A DNA stretch of 64,000 nucleotides, from contig JAXLZV010000001.1 of NCBI GenBank assembly GCA_046350755.1, positions 544,823 to 608,822 of the forward strand. Reading direction: 5' to 3'. Below, piece by piece: positions 1-8,664 of this stretch. This DNA comes from Candidatus Saccharimonadota bacterium (lineage in GTDB: Bacteria; Patescibacteriota; Saccharimonadia; CAILAD01; GCA-016700035). The notes below the pieces were generated by a model. The model saw nothing but the letters and a program-made list of their open reading frames with translations, made no database searches and was not told the origin of the DNA. The position numbers were made by a program, and so were the translations under genes. How positions within the stretch are numbered: the first letter of the stretch is position 1; each line of letters starts with the position of its first letter.

Positions 1-366
1 GTCTTCTTTTGTCGGCGCGCTTGGCTTGGGTGGTGGTGGAGCGTCGACGATCACCTCACCTTTATAGTCATCTTTCATCCAGGTGCGCTTACGGGGCATG
101 ACGGAGAAACGGATGAGGGCGATGAGATAGTTTTCAAAGCTCTGCTCCTCACGGCGACCGAAGGCCAGTAGAAACATAAAGCCGGAGATCGGTGTGACCA
201 GCACAACCATCATCAGGATGCCGACCGGTCCGCCACCCATAAAGAGTCGCCAGATGAGAAACGCCCAGGCCAGCCCGATGATGGCATAGATGAATTGCTT
301 CATCGTCAGCGGTCCAACGAGCTTGTCTTCACTTTCTACGTTCTGGGGAACTTTATATTGGCCCAT
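1..366 (-). CDS. PrgI/VirB3-like small T4SS membrane protein; only the N-terminal part is in the window and the gene continues past the window start
   Basis: Minus-strand ORF with ATG at 366-364, overlapping the upstream gene's stop as TAATG. It reads MGQYKVPQNVESEDKLVGPLTMKQFIYAIIGLAWAFLIW...FENYLIALIRFSVMPRKRTW. The KVP..(G)LTxKQ motif plus TM hairpin matches the PrgI family pattern as I recall it. Confidence 0.45.
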   Translation of the reverse strand, partial: MGQYKVPQNVESEDKLVGPLTMKQFIYAIIGLAWAFLIWRLFMGGGPVGILMMVVLVTPISGFMFLLAFGRREEQSFENYLIALIRFSVMPRKRTWMKDDYKGEVIVDAPPPPKPSAPTKED

Positions 367-3300
367 TACTCAGCTCCATCGATATCGACATCGTGTTCAC
401 CGGCGTTTTCTTCTATACCGGCAGACCGTTCAACTCCTCGCATGTACTCATCAAATTGCCCGTGCATACTTTCGGGCGCAGCATTTCTTGCAAGACGTAG
501 GGTTTTTAGGTCCTTCTTCAGTGAAAAAGTATCTACTCTTCCACTGGCAAGTTTTGCATCAATGTTGTCCATTTTGCGCATGATGTCATTGTAGCCATCG
601 AGGCCGCCGCTCGCTGCCATTTGTGTGCGTAGGCTACCAGACTGTTGGAAGACTTGTGATACGGAGGTGTTATTGACGATTGTGGTCGATCCCCCAGAAC
701 CGGAAGCAGCTGGTGGAGGCGAGCTAGTTGATCCACTGAAGCCACCTGAATCATATGATGAGCTACTACTCGAGGGACTAACGGATGTACCTGGGTTCAT
801 GGTAGTTCCGGCCATCCCGCGCACTGGAGAACCCGGGCGTCCTGTAGGTGGTGCAGGGGCGCTTGGTGAGGGTGGAGCAGATGGTGACGGAGGAATAGGC
901 CCGGTGTATGGAGGTGGAGTTGTAGGTCCTCCTGACCCTGGCCTTGGTGCTGGAGGAGGTCCTGGCATAGGTGGAGGTGGAGGCGATTGTGGGGTGGTGC
1001 CGCCTGCTGTTGGTCCATGGCCTGGACCGGGTGGTGGAGGGGCGGGAGTAGACCCAGACCCACCTGTTGACCCTGCATTTTGCTGACTGGAGTTAGTATA
1101 TCCAGAGAAACTACTGTTTTGGACAGCCCCATTAGTAGCAACTGAAAGTTTATCGAGCTGGTCAGCCGTGAAGTTGGATCTCACAGATGCAGTGTTCAGC
1201 TGATCAATCTGCCCCGATGTGAGACTGTTGAAGTGACCCGCTCTACTCATGCGTTCAATCGTTGATCCCTTCCATTCTGACATCTTTGTAGGCGCAACAG
1301 ATTTGATGTCAAATGACTTCACGGATCCAGTGGCGTCGTCTATTGAGGCGAATCCGGCGTCTGGAGCGAACTTACCAATATCACCCAAGTGAGGACCCGC
1401 AAGAGTGTTCCAGGCATCTGTTCCGGTTTTGTTTCCGCCCGACACAACGCCGGAGACCACCTTGCCGCTCGCGTCTGTTTCGACCGTGCCTCCAGAGATT
1501 GCTGCTCGGGCCTTTAAGATTCCATCCTCATTCTTTGCTTGGACAGATCGTTCAAGGGCGGCACTAAATCTAGCCCGATTTTTAGCACTTGATGGATTAG
1601 ATCGCAATGCTTCAGCGCTACTAAGTAGCTCTTTTTCAACCTGTTTGCTTCCCATATATTTTGAACGAGCTGCCTCGATTTCACCCTGCTCCTTTTCATA
1701 GCCAGCTGCAAGACGGGCGGCTTTGCGTTGTCCCTTACCTGCAGTAACACCACCCGCTAGACCAATTGCTGCCGCTTTTTGAGCGCGTGAAGCCAATGAA
1801 GCTCGTCGTTTCGATCCAGTAAAGTTGTCGTCACTGGCTTTTTCAGCATTTGCCGCTGATTTGTTGAGTAGACCAGCAGTGGTCCTGGACTGAAGGCCTT
1901 TAGCTCCGCTCATCGTCTTGTCGGTACCCCAGCCTTTAGCAGTCGTGGCTTTTGCGGCCATATACCCTGCCGCAGCCGCAAAGGCTTCCCCGCCCCACTT
2001 AAATGTCTTCGGGATCATAATGATGGCGATGAGAGGCGCCACCGCGGCGACAATGGCTGCCGTATCAGCCGATAGTGTGCCGTTTGGGTTGGCATTCAAG
2101 ATGACGTTTTGGAGAAAGATTGAGAGCGCTAACATCCCAGTGACAATCGGGAACATCATGAGGACTTTAATGAGGTTTTTCCACCATTTCTTAAACATGT
2201 TCTCCGTATTCGGCAGTACCCAGGCGAGAAATGCCAATGGAGCCAAGAGGACTAAGGCATAAATAATGATGACTCGCGTGATGAGCCCGGCTACCCCTAT
2301 GAGGAGCGCACCAAGTGCCACGAAAAGCAGGACAATCCAGAGAATAATCGCAGCTGAGCCCACCATAAAATCAAATTGCAAGCTATATGAAGCCACACCT
2401 GTCTGCCCGGAAAGAGAGGCAATGAATGACGGCACGGCATTACCAATAATATTAAAGAGGTCGACAAGAGTCTGGAGGATGAAGAACGAAGCAAAGGTCA
2501 GAAGGACGCCAACTGCTAATCTTGGAAGAGCACGTTTGATGGTATATGGGTCATAGCCGATGCCGTTACCGAAGATAATTAGCACGAAGACGATGATGTA
2601 TAGGCCGAGGGCAATATTACGAATCCCCTCCCACGCTCGATAGATCGGATCAGCTTGATCGGCATTGAGAGGCTTGATAGTGAGGAGCTCTACTAAAAAG
2701 CCCTTGCCAGAGCCATCTCCACCGATGAGGGCGTTTACTGCGCTGTTAGTGGCTTTCATAATCGGACAGAGTACAAAACCAATCGCACCGGCGTCGTCCG
2801 TACAGTTTTCATCTGAGTTTACGGCATCATCAATTGCCTTTTTCCACTGACTAATCTTCTCTGCTTCGGCTGCACTGGTGGGCTGCTGGAGAAAGCCATC
2901 CCTTCCGGCGAAACAGCGCTCGCCGGCTTTGGTTTCAAGACCGCACATAAAGTAGAACTTCTTGCCATCCGCGTTGAGAGCTGGGTATTCACCATCGGCA
3001 TTCACGTCTCCCTGCCAGTCATCTACTTGGCGCCATCCCCCATCAAGCTTATTGGTATTTGGATTGAGGAGACCACCCCAGCGGTAAGCGCGTTTTTGTC
3101 TCTCGATAATATCTAGTCCGGTACCACTCGACTTGTCGGCTGCAGGGTCGGTGAGGGCGGTTGCCTTATCGCCACTTTCGTTCAGTATTAAATACGAATC
3201 TACCCACTGACCATCAATCCGACGCTTAAATAGTGGTCCCTGCCCCAGTGCCACCGATTTATTTAGGTCGAAAAAGAATTCGACCCCTTCACCACAAGTG

Positions 3301-3473
3301 ATATAAGAGTCTGCCTCCCAGGCGCAACGAGTATCGCTTGATATATCGGCTGGTGTAGCTGCCTTTGCGGTACCAGTGGTGAATACTAAGGAGATAATGC
3401 TTATGAAAAAAAAGTAGGCAAAAGCTGCCCCAAGTATGTGAAACCACGATTTAAAATATTTCTGGGATGTCAC
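366..3473 (-). CDS. TrbL/VirB6-like polytopic membrane protein (~1035 aa) with signal peptide, Cys-containing N-terminal ectodomain, 6-8 TM block and long Ala/Lys/Pro/Ser/Thr-rich C-terminal tail
   Basis: Long ORF with GTG start at 3473 giving MTSQKYFKSWFHILGAAFAYFFFISIISLVFTTGTAKA, a signal-peptide-like N-terminus. The central hydrophobic block (LGLYIIVFVLIIFGNG...IILWIVLLFVALGALLIGVAGL...KKWWKNLIKVLMMFPIV) is typical of TrbL/VirB6. The stop overlaps the start of the PrgI-like gene. The ORF-track start at 3725 would overlap the divergent pilin gene. Confidence 0.55.
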   Translation of the reverse strand: MTSQKYFKSWFHILGAAFAYFFFISIISLVFTTGTAKAATPADISSDTRCAWEADSYITCGEGVEFFFDLNKSVALGQGPLFKRRIDGQWVDSYLILNESGDKATALTDPAADKSSGTGLDIIERQKRAYRWGGLLNPNTNKLDGGWRQVDDWQGDVNADGEYPALNADGKKFYFMCGLETKAGERCFAGRDGFLQQPTSAAEAEKISQWKKAIDDAVNSDENCTDDAGAIGFVLCPIMKATNSAVNALIGGDGSGKGFLVELLTIKPLNADQADPIYRAWEGIRNIALGLYIIVFVLIIFGNGIGYDPYTIKRALPRLAVGVLLTFASFFILQTLVDLFNIIGNAVPSFIASLSGQTGVASYSLQFDFMVGSAAIILWIVLLFVALGALLIGVAGLITRVIIIYALVLLAPLAFLAWVLPNTENMFKKWWKNLIKVLMMFPIVTGMLALSIFLQNVILNANPNGTLSADTAAIVAAVAPLIAIIMIPKTFKWGGEAFAAAAGYMAAKATTAKGWGTDKTMSGAKGLQSRTTAGLLNKSAANAEKASDDNFTGSKRRASLASRAQKAAAIGLAGGVTAGKGQRKAARLAAGYEKEQGEIEAARSKYMGSKQVEKELLSSAEALRSNPSSAKNRARFSAALERSVQAKNEDGILKARAAISGGTVETDASGKVVSGVVSGGNKTGTDAWNTLAGPHLGDIGKFAPDAGFASIDDATGSVKSFDIKSVAPTKMSEWKGSTIERMSRAGHFNSLTSGQIDQLNTASVRSNFTADQLDKLSVATNGAVQNSSFSGYTNSSQQNAGSTGGSGSTPAPPPPGPGHGPTAGGTTPQSPPPPPMPGPPPAPRPGSGGPTTPPPYTGPIPPSPSAPPSPSAPAPPTGRPGSPVRGMAGTTMNPGTSVSPSSSSSSYDSGGFSGSTSSPPPAASGSGGSTTIVNNTSVSQVFQQSGSLRTQMAASGGLDGYNDIMRKMDNIDAKLASGRVDTFSLKKDLKTLRLARNAAPESMHGQFDEYMRGVERSAGIEENAGEHDVDIDGAE

Positions 3474-3512
3474 GCTGTCAAAATTATACCAAAGACGGAT
3501 ATAATAAGCAGG

Positions 3513-4313
3513 ATGAAAAAAGTACTTCAGCTTTCTGTAGCCGTAATATGCATTTTGTTGGCAGTTGGTTTTGCTAGTTTCAATCTGCCACACGCGAAAG
3601 CAGCGATTCCAGCAGGGTGCCCAGGCGGCCCTGCTGGACCACCTGCCCCCGGAACTGATTGCACATCTGGAACTTATAATCCCCCAGGGAGTGCTACGAG
3701 CAGTAAAACTGATAGTCAGAATCAACAGTTCGTTGGCACATGTCGAGAGCTTCGTGATGCGGGCACAATTAATGCTACCGGTTTCGTCGCGTTTCTTTGT
3801 CCAAATGACGCTGCCGGTAATGCTGTCGAGGTAATTGTTGGGAATATCACGAACTACATAGTGGGGCTCGGTACATTTGTATTAATCCTGATTGTGGCAA
3901 TAGCTGGCGTACAGATAATGACCGGCGGCGCTTCACCTGAAGCCATTAAGGCTGGCAAACGACGTATGACCATGGCGTTATCTAGTATCGCCCTACTAGT
4001 AATGGGGCGAGTTGTTCTGCAGCTTATCGGCATCACGAGCGGTAGTTTTCTTGGGGTACCGGTCAGTACTGGATTCAATAAGGACACTATTCCAGCAATT
4101 ATTTCAGCTATCACTCAGTATGTGTTTTTCGCGGGTGGAGTACTGTCGATCGCAATGATCATCTACGGTGGTTTTGTGATGATTACCTCGGCCGGTAATC
4201 CGCAGCGCATTCAGTCGGCTCGTCGCGTAATCATGTATGCCGTGATTGGCTTAGCAGTTATGGTTTCAGCTGGGTTAATAGTTGGACTCGTTGGAAGAGC
4301 CCTAACGGGATAG
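3513..4313 (+). CDS. T4SS pilin-like protein (VirB2/TrbC-like architecture) with signal peptide, Cys-rich N-region and two tandem TM-hairpin modules
   Basis: ATG at 3513 gives MKKVLQLSVAVICILLAVGFASFNLPHAKA, a signal peptide. Two copies of a hydrophobic-loop-hydrophobic module end in ...MITSAGNPQRIQSARRVIMYAVIGLAVMV. TATAAT at 3500-3505 sits 7 nt upstream of the ATG. Confidence 0.55.
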   Translation: MKKVLQLSVAVICILLAVGFASFNLPHAKAAIPAGCPGGPAGPPAPGTDCTSGTYNPPGSATSSKTDSQNQQFVGTCRELRDAGTINATGFVAFLCPNDAAGNAVEVIVGNITNYIVGLGTFVLILIVAIAGVQIMTGGASPEAIKAGKRRMTMALSSIALLVMGRVVLQLIGITSGSFLGVPVSTGFNKDTIPAIISAITQYVFFAGGVLSIAMIIYGGFVMITSAGNPQRIQSARRVIMYAVIGLAVMVSAGLIVGLVGRALTG

Positions 4314-4319
4314 TATGCT

Positions 4320-4844
4320 ATGAATTTTTTCACCTATATCGCTGATCTCCCTACTGCCCCCTCCGGACTCCCTGGTGGCCCAAGTAATCTTCAGGCCGCT
4401 ATCAATAACCTTTTCACGTTCGCCCTTTGGGCAATTGGGGTCGTGGCTGTAATTATGATTATCTACGCCGGCTTCATGTATATCATCTCGGCTGGTCGGC
4501 CGGACCGCACTAAGTTGGCTTTGCAGTCGCTCATCTACACTGCTGTTGGTTTTGGCATTGTGATCCTGGCGCGCTCAATCGTTGAGGCGATATTGCCAGT
4601 CGTAAAGGATCAGCCAAATATTCAAAGCGTGGTCACCGGTGGCATTAGCTTCTTTATGTGGGTGGTCGGCGTGGCAGCTACCATCATGGTGATTATCTCT
4701 GGTCTCTTCTACGTTACTTCGGGTGGCGATCCGGGCAGAACGAAAACTGCGAAGGATACCCTGCTCTACGCCGTGATTGGTCTCGGTATCGCTGTTCTTG
4801 CCGGTGGACTGATTACCTTTGTGCAATCGGCCCTGCAGCCGTAA
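4320..4844 (+). CDS. T4SS pilin-like protein with two tandem TM-hairpin modules
   Basis: Contains ...IIYAGFMYIISAGRPDRTKLALQSLIYTAVGFGIVILA... and ...ISGLFYVTSGGDPGRTKTAKDTLLYAVIGLGIAVLAG, paralogous to the neighbouring genes. Confidence 0.55.
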   Translation: MNFFTYIADLPTAPSGLPGGPSNLQAAINNLFTFALWAIGVVAVIMIIYAGFMYIISAGRPDRTKLALQSLIYTAVGFGIVILARSIVEAILPVVKDQPNIQSVVTGGISFFMWVVGVAATIMVIISGLFYVTSGGDPGRTKTAKDTLLYAVIGLGIAVLAGGLITFVQSALQP

Positions 4845-4977
4845 AACTGACCTTAAGCATAACTTTTTTTACTCGATTACTTGCTGATAGTGGTTATTCT
4901 CAAGTAGAATAATGGCGATAGCGCATGGCGTCAGCCACAATCGCTTGGCAATCATCATCTAAGGAGAGAATCAAACA

Positions 4978-5367
4978 ATGAGCGACGTAAAGACTTTATT
5001 AAAGAAGGGTTCACTAGCATTGGCCGGTAATGCCGTGATAGCCAGTGCAGCAGTTGGCCGCGCCTTGGCCGCTACCGACACTATCGAGGGTGGTGCACAA
5101 ACTGCCCAGGGTAATACCTCGGATATTCCGTTGACTACACAAATCGCAAATATCACCAACACCATGCTCTTCGCCATCGGTGTAGTAGCTGTCATCATGC
5201 TGATCGTCGGCGGTTTCCGCTACATTTTCTCGGGTGGTAATAGCCAAAGCGTTAATGCCGCTAAGGACACCATCCTCTACGCTGTTATCGGTATCGTGGT
5301 GGCTATCCTCGCCTACGCAATCGTCAACTTCATCCTAGGCCAATTCGGCGGCACGGCAGCTGGCTAA
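4978..5367 (+). CDS. T4SS pilin-like protein with a single module
   Basis: AAGGAGAG RBS upstream. ...NTMLFAIGVVAVIMLIVGGFRYIFSGGNSQSVNAAKDTILYAVIGIVVAILAYAIVNFILG. A TTGCTG-18-TAGAAT promoter-like element lies at ~4886-4915. Confidence 0.55.
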   Translation: MSDVKTLLKKGSLALAGNAVIASAAVGRALAATDTIEGGAQTAQGNTSDIPLTTQIANITNTMLFAIGVVAVIMLIVGGFRYIFSGGNSQSVNAAKDTILYAVIGIVVAILAYAIVNFILGQFGGTAAG

Positions 5368-5398
5368 GCACACTGATCGAAAAGGTTACGGACTCCTG

Positions 5399-5755
5399 AT
5401 GAATAAACTACTTCGCGTTATTCCTGCCCTGAGCTTGTCTCTTGGCCTTGGGGCAACTCGCGTACACGCTGCTTGTCAGGATCCGAGCACAGGCATTGAC
5501 GGCGGTGTGAGTTGTGCGCCGGCCGGCATTTCGCTCAGCCAAGGCATCACCAACACGGTAAATACTCTCCTGTTTATCGTCGGGGTAGCATCGGTGATTA
5601 TGATTATCGTCGGTGGCCTGCGCTACATCTTCTCTGGTGGTGATCCGAAGAACACGAGCGCCGCTAAAGACACCATCCTCTACGCTGTTGTAGGTGTCGT
5701 AGTAGCCATTCTCGCCTACGCGATCGTGAACTTTGTCTTGACCCGCTTCAGTTAA
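5399..5755 (+). CDS. T4SS pilin-like protein with signal peptide and a single module
   Basis: MNKLLRVIPALSLSLGLGATRVHA signal peptide, two Cys, then NTLLFIVGVASVIMIIVGGLRYIFSGGDPKNTSAAKDTILYAVVGVVVAILAYAIVNFVL. Confidence 0.55.
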   Translation: MNKLLRVIPALSLSLGLGATRVHAACQDPSTGIDGGVSCAPAGISLSQGITNTVNTLLFIVGVASVIMIIVGGLRYIFSGGDPKNTSAAKDTILYAVVGVVVAILAYAIVNFVLTRFS

Positions 5756-5780
5756 GCCGGCTGACATAGTTTCTTAAAAG

Positions 5781-5804
5781 GTGCCCCACCCGGGGCGCTT
5801 TTTG
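5781..5804 (+). terminator. Rho-independent terminator after the pilin array
   Basis: GTGCCCC-ACCC-GGGGCGC hairpin followed by TTTTT. Confidence 0.6.
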
Positions 5805-5836
5805 GTTTACTCCTCGAGCTTGCTACAATAGTACTA

Positions 5837-7198
5837 ATGCTTAAGAAGATACTTATTATTCTTGCCGCCGTGGCAATTTTCGCTGGTGCAGGTATATTCC
5901 TCTATCTGGCGACCAAGCCCGAGAATACGAAGAGTGATAATCCGGGCATTGGGCAGATTCTTGCCCCAGCCGATAGCGAAAGTCGGGTTGTCTATGACGA
6001 ATCAAAACCCGTAAAACTCACCTACTGGCGGACTTGGAACGAGGCCAGTAAGATCCAGCCAATCATTGATGCTTTTCAGAAAAAGCATCCGAATGTGACG
6101 ATTGAAATCCGCGACTTCGACTACGGCAGCTATGACGTCGAGCTCACCAAAGCCGCTCAGACGGGTAATCTGCCCGATATCTACTCGGTATTAAACGATT
6201 GGCAGCCACGGTACGAAAGCTATGCTACGCCAGCTCCGGACACCGTCTATACCGAGAAGGTGTTTAAGGATGTGTTTGCTGACGCAGTGACAGCTCGACT
6301 ACTGCGTAACGGTAAAATTTACGGCACCACATACGGCCTGTCGACACTTGGGCTCTATTACAACCCCGCTCTACTTGATGAGGCGGGTGTGAAGCCACCG
6401 AAGAATTGGGATGAGTTTGTCGAGGCGAGTCGTAAGCTGACCAAGAAAACAGGTCCGGCTATCACGCAAGCTGGCGCCGCACTGGGCTGGGGTAATGGTG
6501 ATATTATTCACCAGGCTGGTGATATCGAGGCATTATTGATGCTGCAGAACGGGGCCAAGCTGACGGATGAGCCACCGACAAAGGCGACGTTTGCCGAACC
6601 GGACAGCACGGGCTACCCAGTCGGAGCGAAAGCGCTGGATTTTTATACTAGCTTTTCGCGTTCGTCGCTCCAAAATTATTCTTATCCTCAGGAGTTTGGC
6701 TATTCGGTCAGGTCGTTTGCCGAGGGAAAGGCAGCGATGATGTTGAACTATCCCTTCAAGGCGGCGGAAGTACGCCAGTTTAACCCCAATCTGAAATTTT
6801 CTTTTGCCGCTATGCCACAGGTCAAAGATGAGAAGGTGATCAATTTCGCACAGTTTTGGATCGAGATGGTGAATAAAAACTCGTCGAATTCTGAGATTGC
6901 TTGGGATTTCGTTCGTTTCGCCGCGACCCGCGATCAGCAGCTTACCTATAACAAAGCTACACTTCGCCCGACCAGCCGGAAGGACCTCGTGAAGGAGCAG
7001 GAAGCTAGCAGTGATCTCGGGGCTTTTGTGAAGCAGAACGAAACCGCGACAACTTTCTATCGTGGCAATGACAAAGAAATGAACGGTTATTTCTTCAGCG
7101 CCATTCAGAGCATTTATTCAGGGCTCGATGCGCGGCTCGCCGTGAATAATCTGCAGCGCCAAGCAACAGACATTATTGCCCGGTATCCTCAGCCGTGA
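5837..7198 (+). CDS. ABC transporter extracellular solute-binding protein (family 1, sugar-type), N-terminally anchored
   Basis: 453 aa with an N-terminal TM segment, then LTYWRTWNEASKIQPIIDAFQKKHPNVTIEIRDFDYGSYDVELTKAAQTGNLPDIY, typical of SBP family 1. TACAAT lies 7 nt upstream of the ATG. No permease or ATPase gene is adjacent. Confidence 0.6.
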   Translation: MLKKILIILAAVAIFAGAGIFLYLATKPENTKSDNPGIGQILAPADSESRVVYDESKPVKLTYWRTWNEASKIQPIIDAFQKKHPNVTIEIRDFDYGSYDVELTKAAQTGNLPDIYSVLNDWQPRYESYATPAPDTVYTEKVFKDVFADAVTARLLRNGKIYGTTYGLSTLGLYYNPALLDEAGVKPPKNWDEFVEASRKLTKKTGPAITQAGAALGWGNGDIIHQAGDIEALLMLQNGAKLTDEPPTKATFAEPDSTGYPVGAKALDFYTSFSRSSLQNYSYPQEFGYSVRSFAEGKAAMMLNYPFKAAEVRQFNPNLKFSFAAMPQVKDEKVINFAQFWIEMVNKNSSNSEIAWDFVRFAATRDQQLTYNKATLRPTSRKDLVKEQEASSDLGAFVKQNETATTFYRGNDKEMNGYFFSAIQSIYSGLDARLAVNNLQRQATDIIARYPQP

Positions 7199-7452
7199 GT
7201 ACGAGGGTACGCACGATAGGCGGTTTTGTAATAGCCTATGGGTTAATTGGACTGGTGATTTTTATAGCTAGCCAGACGCCAATCTTTACCCGGCAAGAAA
7301 TATATGCACCGGCCTGTCTCCCTGGCCAAGATTGTGCGCTGGTCGAGCTGGCAGCTCGAGATGTGCTCACCCCGTGGTTTTATATCTTTGCTCTCGTCCT
7401 ACTGCTGACTCCGATAATTATCTATCTCATCAAGCGTCGCCATAAAAAATAA
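7195..7452 (+). CDS. small membrane protein, hypothetical
   Basis: ATGA overlap with the preceding stop. Two hydrophobic segments and a basic C-terminus. Confidence 0.4.
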   Translation: MSTRVRTIGGFVIAYGLIGLVIFIASQTPIFTRQEIYAPACLPGQDCALVELAARDVLTPWFYIFALVLLLTPIIIYLIKRRHKK

Positions 7453-7477
7453 GCCCCGTGTGGGGGCTTATTTTTTA
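7449..7477. terminator. bidirectional rho-independent terminator between convergent genes
   Basis: AAGCCCC-GTGT-GGGGGCTT hairpin flanked by an A-run and a T-run. Confidence 0.6.
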
Positions 7478-7491
7478 TGGGACTTGCAGCC

Positions 7492-7929
7492 CTATGAAGC
7501 GACTGGTTTGACCTTGATCTTTTTGACCTTATCTTCCTGAACTACCTTTGGTACGGTGACGGTCAGAACACCATCCTTGAGCGTGGCCTGGGCCTTCTCA
7601 GCGATCGTGGAAGTTGGCAAGATAATCGAGCGGGAGAACGATCCCCAGAAGCACTCCTGGACATAGTAGTGCTCTTTTTCGACAATGACTTCTTCCTTAC
7701 GGTCACCGCGGATGGTCATGACGTCTTCCGAGATCGCAATATCGATATCTTCTGAACGTACACCAGCAATTGGCGCCTTTACGACCACACTGTCTTTTGT
7801 TTGATATACGTCGACGGCAAGCTGCCCTTCAAATTCCTCTTCCCCCATCCACTCGTCTGAAGTGTTGGAAGTATCGTCGAGGAATTCGTCCTGCAAAATC
7901 TCTTCGTCTGGATTGTGCTTACGAGCCAT
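7492..7929 (-). CDS. Hsp20/alpha-crystallin family small heat-shock protein
   Basis: The alpha-crystallin domain pattern ...VKAPIAGVRSEDIDIAISEDVMTIRGDRKEE...ATLKDGVLTVTVPK. The start is chosen at the second ATG, preceded by AAGGAG. Confidence 0.8.
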   Translation of the reverse strand: MARKHNPDEEILQDEFLDDTSNTSDEWMGEEEFEGQLAVDVYQTKDSVVVKAPIAGVRSEDIDIAISEDVMTIRGDRKEEVIVEKEHYYVQECFWGSFSRSIILPTSTIAEKAQATLKDGVLTVTVPKVVQEDKVKKIKVKPVAS

Positions 7930-8001
7930 TTGAAACTCCTTATCCTTTACTCCACCCAATACTAGCCGTATTATACTGGCGTCTTACAGGAGAGCGCAAG
8001 T

Positions 8002-8661
8002 TTGCTGAAAATTATTTCCAGATTACTGGTTCCAAGCCGTTGTATTTTATGCCACACCGAGGGCAGTGGGATATGTGATTCGTGCCGGCAAGTTGCTCTC
8101 GAGGCTCGGCCGAGTACGTGTTATCTCTGCAGCGCACTGACGAAAGACTCGCAAGTTTGTGCCAGTTGCCAGTGGCGAACGCCAGTGCGGCGGGCCCATG
8201 TGCTGTATCGGCTTGATGTGAGCGCAGAGGGCGTCGTCTACGGCCTCAAATACGACGGTCGCGAAGATGTTGCCAGGTCGCTTGCAAAAGTCCTCCAGGC
8301 GGCTGATTTGCCCTACTACGACGTCATTACCTTCGTGCCCGATACCGCTCAACGACGTCGTCAGCGTGGCTTTGTGGCACCACAGCTGCTGGCTCGCGAG
8401 CTGTCTCGGTTGTCACGGAAGCCGTATCTGGAGCTCTTGGAACGAAGTGACCATGTGCCGCAGGTTGGCGCAGGTCGACAGGCGCGCTGGCGTCAGGTGA
8501 AAGGAAACTTTCGTTATCGTAATGATGAAGTAATGCGCGACAAACGAGTCTTACTGATTGATGATGTGATCACTACCGGGGCGACGATTACTGAGTGTGC
8601 TAAGGAGCTGAAGCGTGGCGGGTCCGGTCCGGTCTACGCGGTTGCAGTAGCTAAAAAATAG
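8002..8661 (+). CDS. comFC: ComF family protein (double zinc-ribbon + phosphoribosyltransferase domain)
   Basis: TTG start with an AGGAGAG RBS. CxxC...CxxC pairs in the N-terminus; C-terminal PRTase motif VLLIDDVITTGATITE. Confidence 0.65.
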   Translation: MLKIISRLLVPSRCILCHTEGSGICDSCRQVALEARPSTCYLCSALTKDSQVCASCQWRTPVRRAHVLYRLDVSAEGVVYGLKYDGREDVARSLAKVLQAADLPYYDVITFVPDTAQRRRQRGFVAPQLLARELSRLSRKPYLELLERSDHVPQVGAGRQARWRQVKGNFRYRNDEVMRDKRVLLIDDVITTGATITECAKELKRGGSGPVYAVAVAKK

Positions 8662-8664
8662 CCG

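Noticed and set aside
290-1141. Several plus- and minus-strand ORFs (290..583, 295..594, 533..754, 625..1086, 797..1141) overlapping the 3' part of the giant VirB6-like gene
   Set aside because: They lie antisense or out of frame within the Pro/Gly/Ser-rich low-complexity coding region of the 366..3473 gene. Their translations are Pro/Gly/Arg-rich with no start context; they are typical stop-free artefacts.
3438-3725. ORF-track starts at 3438 (plus) and 3725 (minus) that would make the two divergent genes overlap by ~290 nt
   Set aside because: Downstream starts (ATG 3513 with a signal peptide; GTG 3473 with a signal-peptide-like N-terminus) remove the overlap and give sensible N-termini. 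The longer versions are just upstream in-frame extensions.
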